From Pseudomonadales bacterium (GTDB taxonomy: Bacteria; Pseudomonadota; Gammaproteobacteria; Pseudomonadales; UBA5518), in assembly GCA_024234165.1 (NCBI GenBank), contig JACKOP010000005.1, positions 123,409-187,408 on the forward strand: 64,000 nucleotides of DNA, in the 5' to 3' direction. Position numbers and translations under genes: made by a program. How positions within the stretch are numbered: the first letter of the stretch is position 1; every line of letters starts with the position of its first letter. Below, in pieces: positions 36,911-45,033 of this stretch. The notes below the pieces were generated by a model. The model ran no database searches. It was not told where the DNA came from and was given only the letters and a program-made list of their open reading frames with translations.

Positions 36911-37996
36911 TCAGGGCTGCGAAATTTCAGGTTCGCCGGCCAGAATGCGAAACAGCGGGATGTTTATGTAGTAGTTGGAGCGGCCGACCTTGCGCTTGCT
37001 CAGGAAGCCATCGGCGGTCAACACATCGAGATAACGGGTGGCGGTGAGGCGGCTGACCTTCAAGTCGCGTTGCAGGAACTCGATCTTGGTGTAGGGGTGG
37101 GAAAACAGGTTGTTGATCAGGTCCTGGCTGTAGAACTTGTGCCCGGCGCGGATGCGGTGCTTGTAGTCCATCATCGCGGCCTTGATGGCCTGGATGGTAA
37201 GGATGCCGTCGGCAGCCGTGCGCTCCACCGCGCCCAGCAGGTAGAGCACCCAGTCTTCCCAGCGATCCTGTTCGCGCACCGATTGCAGCAGGCGGTAGTA
37301 GTCGACCTTGCTGCCCACGATGGCGCGGCTGAGATACAGCACCGGAATGTCCAGCAAACCCTGCTTGACCAGATACAGCACGTTGACGATGCGCCCGGTG
37401 CGGCCGTTGCCGTCGTAGAACGGGTGGATGCTCTCGAACTGGTGGTGGATCAGCGCCATCTTGATGAGCGGGTCGGCATCGAGCAGGGCGTCGTCGTTGA
37501 TGAAACGCTCCAGGTCGGACATCAGGCCAGCCAAGGCTTCGGGCGATGGCGGGGTGTAGACCACATGCCCGGCGCTGCTCTTCAGCACCGTGCCGGGCAG
37601 CTTGCGGTAGCCGGCGCGGTTCCTTTCCAGCGCCGCCTGGATCTGGCCGATGTGGTTGCCGGTGAGCAGGCCGGTGCTACGAACCTGTTCGAAGCCCACG
37701 CGCAGGGCGTGGTTGTAGCGGGCCACTTCCTTGGCAGCGGGTGTCGTGGTTCGATCCAGCGCGACTTCGCGGAACAGCTCATCGTGGGTAGTGATGATGT
37801 TCTCGATCTCGGAGCTGTCCTTGGCTTCCCGCAAGGCCAGGGTGTTGAGCAGGATGCCCTGATTGGGCATGGAGGCCGCCACGCCCTTGAACTCGGCCAG
37901 CCGCCTGTGGGCGGACACCAGCCGCTTGAGAATGGCCGGCGTCTCGAAGCGGGCCGAGCCCAGGGTTTCGAGCGCTGGCAGGGCGGACATGTTCAT
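36911..37996 (-). CDS. fic: Fic-family protein (AMPylase type with N-terminal inhibitory helix and C-terminal wHTH)
   Basis: Fic motif HPFYDGNGRTGR, and an inhibitory motif S-x-x-x-E-N in DSSEIENIITT. The 361-aa frame is uninterrupted. Confidence 0.9.
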   Translation of the reverse strand: MNMSALPALETLGSARFETPAILKRLVSAHRRLAEFKGVAASMPNQGILLNTLALREAKDSSEIENIITTHDELFREVALDRTTTPAAKEVARYNHALRVGFEQVRSTGLLTGNHIGQIQAALERNRAGYRKLPGTVLKSSAGHVVYTPPSPEALAGLMSDLERFINDDALLDADPLIKMALIHHQFESIHPFYDGNGRTGRIVNVLYLVKQGLLDIPVLYLSRAIVGSKVDYYRLLQSVREQDRWEDWVLYLLGAVERTAADGILTIQAIKAAMMDYKHRIRAGHKFYSQDLINNLFSHPYTKIEFLQRDLKVSRLTATRYLDVLTADGFLSKRKVGRSNYYINIPLFRILAGEPEISQP

Positions 37997-38091
37997 GAAA
38001 GAGTGGTTTCGTTAACTAGTCAGGCCATACTTGCATACATTTTGCCTGTTTTCTATGCATGTTTTGGTGACCTGCATAGAAAGCCGCATAT

Positions 38092-38370
38092 TCAGAACCG
38101 CACTCCGACCAGCATCTTCTCGAACTCCGCTGCCACCTTCCTGGCAAAGTCGTCCTGCATCTCGTACACGTCGGTGAACTCGGCGAAGGCCCAGCGCCCG
38201 TATTTGCCGGCCGCGTTCACGCCGGGTACCCAGTAGGTGTCCATGGTCATCTTCTTCACCACCGCATCCTCGCGCCGGTAGCCCTTCACTTCGACGATCA
38301 GGTGCAGGGGATCGTCCGCGCCGTGGCCGTCGTCGAGCTGGACGATGAAGTCGGGGATGTATTTGCGCAT
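38092..38370 (-). pseudogene. C-terminal fragment of a restriction-enzyme Res/helicase subunit
   Basis: MRKYIPDFIVQLDDG...LIVEVKGYRREDAVVKKMTMDTYWVPGVNAAGKYGRWAFAEFTDVY matches the conserved tail of type III/DEAD-helicase restriction subunits that pair with the above methylase family. Only 92 codons remain. Confidence 0.5.
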
Positions 38371-38527
38371 CCTCGTAGCCCTCGATGTCGACCTGCCGGT
38401 AGAGCACCCGGCCGCAGAGCTTCAGGAATTTGGGCCCCATCCCCTCGCTGCGCCAGCGTTCCAGGGTGGCCTCGCTGATGCACCAGCGTGCGGCCAGTTG
38501 TTTTTGATTGAGGTGAACGACGTCCAT
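38366..38527 (-). pseudogene. Small HTH (AlpA/MerR-like) gene, 3' end replaced at a deletion junction
   Basis: MDVVHLNQKQLAARWCISEATLERWRSEGMGPKFLKLCGRVLYRQVDIEGYEDA. The frame then runs on for more than 100 Arg/Gly-rich codons through the Res fragment in the wrong frame, down to 38012. Confidence 0.5.
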
Positions 38528-38676
38528 CTTGGTCTCCTTCCGAATGAGTTGGCAGGAGTCCATGAAGGCGCTGTTCCGCCCAGGAGCCAAGTGATACGTA
38601 GGCGTCGACTATTCGCCGTAGAAGTTGCGGAGATTGAAGAGCAGATTCGCCGCACTCAGAATGCCGTGTGCCGCTA

Positions 38677-39189
38677 TCACTGGACTGCTGCCGCCCTTGC
38701 CAGTGATTCCTGCATCCGCTGCGATTCTTTCTGCGCCTCAGCCAGGAGCTGCTCCCAATCATCGGGCGGATGGCTGCTTTCCAGCATCTTGCGGAACACC
38801 CGGTAGGCGTCGTCGCTACTTTCGCAGGCGCGTTTCGTATCTTCGTCATTCACCCATGCGTAGACGATCACCTTGCTTGGTGCGTGGTAGCGGAAAAATA
38901 GTCGGTACTGCTGGAAGAACTTGGCCCGAAACCAGTGCTTGTGATTGTCACCGAGCGTCCCACCCTGGCGGTATTCCGGTCGCGTCGGATCTTGCGGGAT
39001 GACATCGAACGCCAGTTTGGTGATCGCGGCTAGCCGTTTGCTGGCGTTCTTTTTTACGTACCCGACCGGGTCCTTCTGCTTCAGGGTCTCTACCTGCCGC
39101 GCCAGCGCTTCGATCTGCGCCAGGAACAGTGGATGGGCGAAGACCGTCCAGCCATGAATGACCAACGGCTCAGGCTTCCCTGCGCTCAT
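38677..39189 (-). CDS. yhaV: Type II toxin-antitoxin system toxin YhaV (ribonuclease)
   Basis: LVIHGWTVFAHPLFLAQIEALARQVE...HWFRAKFFQQYRLFFRYHAPSKVIVYAWVNDEDTKR is typical of the YhaV family. Confidence 0.85.
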   Translation of the reverse strand: MSAGKPEPLVIHGWTVFAHPLFLAQIEALARQVETLKQKDPVGYVKKNASKRLAAITKLAFDVIPQDPTRPEYRQGGTLGDNHKHWFRAKFFQQYRLFFRYHAPSKVIVYAWVNDEDTKRACESSDDAYRVFRKMLESSHPPDDWEQLLAEAQKESQRMQESLARAAAVQ

Positions 39190-39515
39190 TCATCGTCTTC
39201 CGGCAGGGCGGCATCGAGATCGACATCGACGCCGCCGACCAGCGCCTGGATGCGTTGGACGAGGCCGGCATCCACAGCTTGCAGCCGCTCGGGATGGCGA
39301 GTGATGTCGGCGGCCAGGAAGCCGAGGAACTGACCGAGCACCGGGTCGTCACCGTCCGATGCTTCGACGCGCGTCAGCACCACCTCTCCGCTGGGGCGAA
39401 TGGTGTAGTGGATCTTGTCGCGCTTGCCCAGCTTGAGGGCACGACGCACGGTTTCCGGCACCGTGGTCTGGTAGCGATCGGTGAGTGTGGATTCGACTTC
39501 GAGGGTCGCAGCCAT
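39186..39515 (-). CDS. prlF: Type II antitoxin PrlF (SohA), AbrB/SpoVT-type
   Basis: ATG at 39513-39515: MAATLEVESTLTDRYQTTVPETVRRALKLGKRDKIHYTIRPSGEVVL. Its stop overlaps the yhaV start. Confidence 0.85.
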   Translation of the reverse strand: MAATLEVESTLTDRYQTTVPETVRRALKLGKRDKIHYTIRPSGEVVLTRVEASDGDDPVLGQFLGFLAADITRHPERLQAVDAGLVQRIQALVGGVDVDLDAALPEDDE

Positions 39516-39553
39516 GGCAGTCTCCTGCGGATCTGGGTTGATGCCTGAATAGT

Positions 39554-39589
39554 AATGCAGTCGCATTGTCTTGCCAATGCAGTTGCATT
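39554..39589. promoter_or_regulatory. Twin palindromic operators upstream of prlF-yhaV
   Basis: AATGCAGTCGCATT (39554-39567) and AATGCAGTTGCATT (39576-39589) are 22 bp apart centre to centre. They sit 39-74 bp upstream of the prlF ATG in an AT-rich stretch. Confidence 0.5.
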
Positions 39590-39647
39590 GCCTTCAAGAA
39601 CACCCGGCTCGAATAGGTGTAAATGGGTGTGCTTTTGGTCGGGACGA

Positions 39648-39667
39648 CGGACGCGGGTTCGATTCCC
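39648..39667 (+). other. tmRNA/tRNA T-arm-like fragment (probable old att scar)
   Basis: CGGACGCGGGTTCGATTCCC matches the ssrA 3' region as I recall it from E. coli (CGGACGCGGGTTCAACTCCCGCC...) at 18 of 20 positions. It breaks off inside the T-stem, with no acceptor end or CCA. Confidence 0.4.
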
Positions 39668-40091
39668 AAACCGGAATTGAACTGGCGCCGGAAAGCAGGC
39701 GAGGTTGAGTGGCCTTTCCGGGCACCAATCAGCGCGAAAAACCCGCTTGATCGTCCACGGCTGAGGCCGTACCGGCAGACTTTTCGATCCGGTTCGCACA
39801 AGTTCGCAGCAGCCCGCAGCGCTTCGATTGCGTACTTTCAGATAGTCGTTTGATGCGGGGTACCATCCCACCAGGGTCAGGGTGTCGCGATCAGCTTCTG
39901 CCACGGAGGCGCCCGTGCAGGCGTCGAATCCGGATTGCCAAGTCTTGCAAATTCTCCCGCATTATAGTGATGCCGGCTGCCCGAGATCGCTCTGCAAGGA
40001 AATGGCGCGGACGACACCTTCGCACCGGTGGGACGCCGTGAATGCATCCCTGCAGGCTCGAGTGCCGCATCCCTGCGGCACACCAGACCCT

Positions 40092-40136
40092 TTGACATGG
40101 GTATCGACTCGAACAATAATGCGAACGATTCGCGTT
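40092..40136 (+). promoter_or_regulatory. Candidate sigma-70 promoter with overlapping palindromic operator, upstream of the TonB-receptor operon
   Basis: TTGACA (40092-40097), 17 nt, then AATAAT (40115-40120). The 19-bp imperfect palindrome AATGCGAA-CGA-TTCGCGTT (40118-40136) overlaps the -10/+1 region. It matches the Fur-box consensus at about 12 of 19 positions by eye. Confidence 0.35.
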
Positions 40137-40259
40137 AACGTAGTTGTTCCGTCTGCTGCTTTCCTCTTTGGCGAGCCGGTTCCCTCCGCACCCTGACCAC
40201 GACTGCCCGCGCGCGACAGCGACTCCCCCACCCCCCCTGGATCGACGAGGACCGAATCG

Positions 40260-42401
40260 ATGCGCCACCCGGCCGTGACGAAGATTTTTTCGATGAGCGG
40301 CGCCCGCCGCCCGGCGCGACTGGCGCTGGCGATCGCGGCCAGCGTCCTGCCGGCGACGCTACTGGCGCAAACGGTCGAGTTCGAACTCCCGCCGATGCAC
40401 GTGACCGCCAAGGGCTACGCCGCCGACGAGAACCAGACGCCCATATCCACCACGTCGATCGAGCGTGACCAATTGCTGCAGCGCAATGCACAGAACCTCG
40501 GCGACGCCTTGCGCGGCGAACCCGGGCTTGCGATCGCCAGTGATGGCGCGCAGGGGCAGAACCCGGTCATCCGCGGCCTGAAGAAGGAAAGCGTGGTGCT
40601 GCTGGTCGACGGCATGCGGCTGAATTCCGCGCAACCGGCAGGCGCCGTCGGCTCGTTCATGTCGCTCGGCCTGGCCGAACGCGTCGAGGTGGTCAAGGGG
40701 CCGGCATCGGTGCTGTACGGCACCGGCGCACTCGGCGGGGTGGTGAACGTGCTGTTGCCACAGGCTCGCTTCGAACCCGGCTCGGAAGTCTCCACGATCG
40801 CCAGTTGGGACAGCGCCAGCCGTGGCGTGCGCGGCACCGGACTGCTGAACGCCTCGAGCGGCGACCACGCGCTGATGCTGGGTGCTTCGCTGGCGCGCAT
40901 CGAGGACTATCGCGCGCCAGATGGGCGGGTGCGGCGCACCGGTTACGATTCGGACAGCTTCATCGGCCAGTACCGCCTGCGCATCGACGCCGCGCAGCAG
41001 TTGCGCGTATCGCTGCAACAGCATGTCGATGAAGACGTGTGGTATCCGGGCTCGACCAAACCGTTTACCCATCCGATGCCGGGAGTTGCCGCCGCAGTGG
41101 CCAGCACCACCATCCACTCGCCACGGCAGACCCGCGAACTGGCAGAGCTCGGCTACAGCTACCAGGGCTCCGGCGAACGCCCGCTGAACCTTGACCTGCG
41201 CGTCTACCGGCAGGAAATGGAGCGCACCATCTACGCCTGGTCGAACCGCTTGCTGCGCGACATCACGACGACCCGGGTGAGCTTCAGCACCGACGGGTTC
41301 GATGCGCGCGGCGACTGGCAGGCGCACGCGCAACACCTCGTTTCGTTCGGCACCAACCTGTGGCAGATGGACGCCTCCCCAAAGCGCCTCAACGCCATAC
41401 CGCCGAACAGCACCAACTTCCAGCGCACCGACCCGTTTACGGACGGGCGCATCCGCGCGCTTGGCGTCTACGTACAGGATGACATGCACTTTGGCCGCCT
41501 CGACGTCCTTGCTGCACTGCGTCACGACACGGTCAAGGGTGACGCCGACTCCATCGCCAACTCGGCCAACCCGCTCGGCCCGCGCCGGAGCACCGACCTG
41601 GACCGGCGCGACAACGCCTTTTCCGGCAGCCTGGGTGCCGTCTATGAGGTTTCATCGCTGTTGCGACCCTACGCCAACCTGTCACGCGGCTTTCGCGCCG
41701 GCGAGATGCGCGAGCGTTACGAATCGTCGCCGCGCGGTGACGGCTATTTCTACGTCGGCAACCCGCAGACCAAACCGGAGATCGCCACCCAGATCGAAAT
41801 CGGCCTGAAGGGACAGAACGAGGCATTCGCTTACGAACTGGCACTGTGGCGCAATCGCATCACGGACTACATGTCGGGCCTCGACATCTCCGGCACCCCC
41901 CGCGCCGCCGCCCTGTGCGGGCCGAACGCCGGCGCCTGCAAGGAAACGGTGAACATCAGCAAGGTGACCCTGCATGGCTTCGAAGCGCAAGCGCGCTGGG
42001 AAGTCACCCCGGACCACACGCTGAAGGCGAACCTGTCGCTGGTACGCGGCAGGAACGATGCGCTGCACGAACCGCTGTTCCAGATGCCTGCCGATGAACT
42101 CGGTCTCGGCTGGGAAGGCCACGTCGCACCGGGCTGGACACTGGATGCCAGCGCGCGCTTCGTGCGCCGGCAGAACCGGCTGGCAACGGTTTTCTCGCGT
42201 GGCAGCGAGAACCGCACGAGCGGCTACGCCACCTTCGATATGGGAGCCAACTGGCGTTACGCGCAGAACCAGTCGCTGCACATCGGCGCCAAAAACCTGT
42301 TCGACCGGTCGTATCATGAGCACCTGACCGAGGGAATCAGCGGCCAGGAAATCGATATGCCCGGACGCGGCCTGGTGCTCGCGTGGAAAGGAGACTTCTG
42401 A
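40260..42401 (+). CDS. TonB-dependent outer-membrane receptor
   Basis: Signal peptide ...ALAIAASVLPATLLAQ (a more likely start is the ATG at 40293). Plug motifs IRGLKKESVVLLVDGMRLNS and VEVVKGPASVLYGTGALGGVVNV, and a terminal ...LVLAWKGDF with C-terminal Phe. Confidence 0.85.
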   Translation: MRHPAVTKIFSMSGARRPARLALAIAASVLPATLLAQTVEFELPPMHVTAKGYAADENQTPISTTSIERDQLLQRNAQNLGDALRGEPGLAIASDGAQGQNPVIRGLKKESVVLLVDGMRLNSAQPAGAVGSFMSLGLAERVEVVKGPASVLYGTGALGGVVNVLLPQARFEPGSEVSTIASWDSASRGVRGTGLLNASSGDHALMLGASLARIEDYRAPDGRVRRTGYDSDSFIGQYRLRIDAAQQLRVSLQQHVDEDVWYPGSTKPFTHPMPGVAAAVASTTIHSPRQTRELAELGYSYQGSGERPLNLDLRVYRQEMERTIYAWSNRLLRDITTTRVSFSTDGFDARGDWQAHAQHLVSFGTNLWQMDASPKRLNAIPPNSTNFQRTDPFTDGRIRALGVYVQDDMHFGRLDVLAALRHDTVKGDADSIANSANPLGPRRSTDLDRRDNAFSGSLGAVYEVSSLLRPYANLSRGFRAGEMRERYESSPRGDGYFYVGNPQTKPEIATQIEIGLKGQNEAFAYELALWRNRITDYMSGLDISGTPRAAALCGPNAGACKETVNISKVTLHGFEAQARWEVTPDHTLKANLSLVRGRNDALHEPLFQMPADELGLGWEGHVAPGWTLDASARFVRRQNRLATVFSRGSENRTSGYATFDMGANWRYAQNQSLHIGAKNLFDRSYHEHLTEGISGQEIDMPGRGLVLAWKGDF

Positions 42402-43426
42402 TGTTCCAGCTTCGCCGCCTCGTCACCGCCAGCCTGCTGCTGCTCGCTGCGCTGCCTTCCGTCGGCGCACTGGCTGCCGGCGGGCGAGTGCCGAAGCTCG
42501 TGCTCGCCGGCCCGTTTGCGGCGGTCTCGTATCCGCTCATCCACATCGTCGAGAGCGGCGCACTGAAGGACCTCGCCGACGAGGCCGAATTCCGCGTCTG
42601 GAAGAACCCGGACCAGTTGCGCGCGATGGCCGTCGACACCCGATCCGGCGTCGACTTCATCGCGATGCCGTCGAACGTCGCGGCCAACCTCTACAACCGC
42701 GGCGTGAAGCTGCGCCTGATCAACGTCTCCACCTGGGGCGTGCTGTGGCTGGTCTCGCGCGATCCGAACCTGAAGACGCTGGAAGACTTCAGGGGCAAGG
42801 AAGTGGTGATGCCGTTTCGCGCCGACATGCCGGACATCGTGTTCCAGACGCTCGCGGCCAAGGCAGGGCTGGACGCACGCCACGATTTCACGCTGCGCTA
42901 CGTCGCCTCCCCGATGGACGCCATGCAACTGCTGATCATGCGCCGTGCCGACCACGCCGTACTCGCCGAGCCGGGCGTCTCGATGGCGTTGCGCAAGACC
43001 CACTCGTTCCCGATCAGCATCATCGCGCCGGAGCTGTACCGCAGCGTCGACCTGCAGCAGGAGTGGGGACGCCTGTTCGACCGCCCGGCACGCATCCCGC
43101 AGGCCGGCGTAGTCGCGATGGGCCGGGTGCTCGACAACCCGGTATTGATCGAGCGTATCCAGAAGGCCTACGCGGATTCGCTCGCCTGGTGCGAGGCCGA
43201 CCCCGACGCCTGCGGCGTCATGGCAGTGAAATATGCAGACATCCTCACGCCGGAGGCGATTGCCGATTCGGTGCGCACCGACCAGACCGCCTTCGTGACG
43301 GCACGCGACGCGCGGCCCGAACTCGAGTTCTTCTACAGCCAGCTCGCTGCGCGCCAGCCGGCGCTGATCGGCGGCAAGCTGCCGCCCGCCGACTTCTACC
43401 ACGGCGCAGGCGACGACGGGAAATGA
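42401..43426 (+). CDS. ABC transporter periplasmic substrate-binding protein (NMT1/SsuA/TauA-like, NitT/TauT family)
   Basis: The ATG overlaps the receptor stop (TGATG), with GGAAAGGAG upstream. Signal peptide MFQLRRLVTASLLLLAALPSVGALAAG. A roughly 340-aa two-lobe binding-protein pattern. Confidence 0.8.
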   Translation: MFQLRRLVTASLLLLAALPSVGALAAGGRVPKLVLAGPFAAVSYPLIHIVESGALKDLADEAEFRVWKNPDQLRAMAVDTRSGVDFIAMPSNVAANLYNRGVKLRLINVSTWGVLWLVSRDPNLKTLEDFRGKEVVMPFRADMPDIVFQTLAAKAGLDARHDFTLRYVASPMDAMQLLIMRRADHAVLAEPGVSMALRKTHSFPISIIAPELYRSVDLQQEWGRLFDRPARIPQAGVVAMGRVLDNPVLIERIQKAYADSLAWCEADPDACGVMAVKYADILTPEAIADSVRTDQTAFVTARDARPELEFFYSQLAARQPALIGGKLPPADFYHGAGDDGK

Positions 43427-43457
43427 GTGGTCGCAGGTCGGCACGGCGGACCATCCG

Positions 43458-44258
43458 ATGAGCCTGCTCCGAGCCTGGCTCGCCGGCCTGCCCGCCTACG
43501 TCTGGAGCGGCTGGGGCGCCGTCGCCAGCCTGCTGCTGCTGGTCGCGGCGTGGGAAGCGGGCAGCGCGGTCTACGGTCCGCTGATCCTGCCCGACCCTGC
43601 GACCACCTTCGTGACCCTCGTCGAGCTCACGAAAAACGGCACTGCGTGGCCGGAAATCGCCGTTACCACGCGCCGTGCGCTGAGTGGACTGGCGCTCGCG
43701 GTCAGCACCGGCAGCCTGCTCGGGCTTGCGGCCGGGGTCTCGATGACCGCATCGATGATGGCGCGCCCGCTGGTCACCGTGCTGCTCGGCACCCCGCCGA
43801 TCGCCTGGCTGGTGCTGGCGATGCTGTGGTTCGGCACCGGCGACGGCACGCCGGTGTTCACGGTCTTCATCGCCTGCTTTCCGATCGTCTTCGTCGGCGC
43901 CCTGCAGGGAGCACGCACGCTCGACCTGCATCTCCGGGACATGGCGCTGGTGTTCCGGCTACCGCTTCGCATGAAGATCCTCGATCTGTACCTGCCGCAC
44001 GTGGTGTCGTACCTGTTTCCGGCGTGGATCACCGCGCTCGGCACGGCGTGGAAGGTCGTCGTGATGGCCGAACTGCTGTCGTCGAACGACGGTGTGGGCG
44101 CGGCACTGGCGGTGAGTCGCGCCCAGCTCGACACCGCCGCGACGCTGGCCTGGGTGGGCGCGGTCGTCGGGCTGCTGCTCGCGGTCGAGTACCTGGTGCT
44201 CGAGCCAATCAAGCGCGAAGTCGAACGTTGGCGCGAAGTGCCGCATGAACCTGCCTGA
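43458..44258 (+). CDS. ABC transporter permease (NitT/TauT family)
   Basis: Six-TM pattern with an EAA-like loop (ALVFRLPLRMKILDLYLPHV). Confidence 0.85.
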   Translation: MSLLRAWLAGLPAYVWSGWGAVASLLLLVAAWEAGSAVYGPLILPDPATTFVTLVELTKNGTAWPEIAVTTRRALSGLALAVSTGSLLGLAAGVSMTASMMARPLVTVLLGTPPIAWLVLAMLWFGTGDGTPVFTVFIACFPIVFVGALQGARTLDLHLRDMALVFRLPLRMKILDLYLPHVVSYLFPAWITALGTAWKVVVMAELLSSNDGVGAALAVSRAQLDTAATLAWVGAVVGLLLAVEYLVLEPIKREVERWREVPHEPA

Positions 44259-45033
44259 ACTGCGCCTGAGCGGCGTGGCGCACGCCTACGCGATCCGCAA
44301 GGTCATCGAGAACGTCGACCTGCAACTGCCGGCGGGGCGCGTGCTCGCGCTGGTCGGCCCCTCCGGTTGCGGCAAGACCACGCTGCTGCACCTCGCGGCC
44401 GGGCTGCTGACCCTGCGCACCGGTACGATCAGCAGCGGCTTTCGCAACCCGGCGGTGATGTTCCAGCAGCCGCGCCTGCTGCCGTGGAAAACGACCCGCG
44501 ACAACATCGCGCTCGGCCTGAAGGCAGCAGGACTGGCGCGCGCCGAGTGCAGCAGCCGTGCGCTGGCGATGGGGCGGGCGGTCGGACTCGACGCCGAGGC
44601 GCTCGGCCAGTTTCCGCACGCGCTCTCCGGCGGCATGCAGAGCCGCGCCGCACTGGCGCGTGCGCTGGTGCTGGAACCGGACCTGCTCCTGATGGACGAA
44701 CCCTTCTCGGCGCTCGACATAGGCCTGAAGGCACAGTTGCACCGTCTGCTGCTCGACCACCAGGCGCGACGCAACCTGGCGGTGCTGATGATCACGCACG
44801 ACCTGATGGAAGCAGTGCGCCTGGCCGACAGCGTGCTCGTGATGGCGAGCGATCCGGGGCGGATCGCCGAGCGCATCGGAATCGATACCCCGGCGCTCGC
44901 ACGCGACGACGCCTTCGTCCACCGCACCACGGCGGAACTGCTGCAGTCGCAGGTGGTGCGCGCGTGTTTCGGTCTCGAAGCCGCCCCGCAAGCCACCGTT
45001 GCCGGCACCCGCTCCGGGGTGGTGTGCACGTGA
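44245..45033 (+). CDS. ABC transporter ATP-binding protein
   Basis: Walker A GPSGCGKTT, signature LSGGMQSR, Walker B LLLMDEPFSALD. Overlaps the permease gene by 14 nt. Confidence 0.9.
   Translation: MNLPELRLSGVAHAYAIRKVIENVDLQLPAGRVLALVGPSGCGKTTLLHLAAGLLTLRTGTISSGFRNPAVMFQQPRLLPWKTTRDNIALGLKAAGLARAECSSRALAMGRAVGLDAEALGQFPHALSGGMQSRAALARALVLEPDLLLMDEPFSALDIGLKAQLHRLLLDHQARRNLAVLMITHDLMEAVRLADSVLVMASDPGRIAERIGIDTPALARDDAFVHRTTAELLQSQVVRACFGLEAAPQATVAGTRSGVVCT

Noticed and set aside
39374-40268. Several 60-176-aa ORFs in the 39.4-40.3 kb gap. I checked them as possible integrase, excisionase or transposase remnants next to the att-like scar.
   Set aside because: None shows integrase (R..H.xR..Y) or DDE motifs, or any family pattern I recognise. 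Several overlap prlF or each other. I treated them as non-coding, and a blastx run could overturn this.
40127-40292. A riboswitch (cobalamin, TPP or metal) in the long leader of the TonB-receptor gene.
   Set aside because: I could not find a B12 box (GCCACTG context), the TPP CUGAGA/ACCUGA elements, or other core motifs I remember. I cannot exclude an unknown structured leader without covariance-model scans.
34495-40300. A direct repeat of the tRNA-Phe 3' end (attR) that would delimit the island.
   Set aside because: By eye, only the generic 11-nt T-loop string GGTTCGATTCC recurs (39656-39666). It occurs in a tmRNA-like rather than a tRNA-Phe context, and no copy of ...CCGGCTCTGGGCACCA was found. 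The right island boundary is therefore set only by where the intact receptor operon begins.
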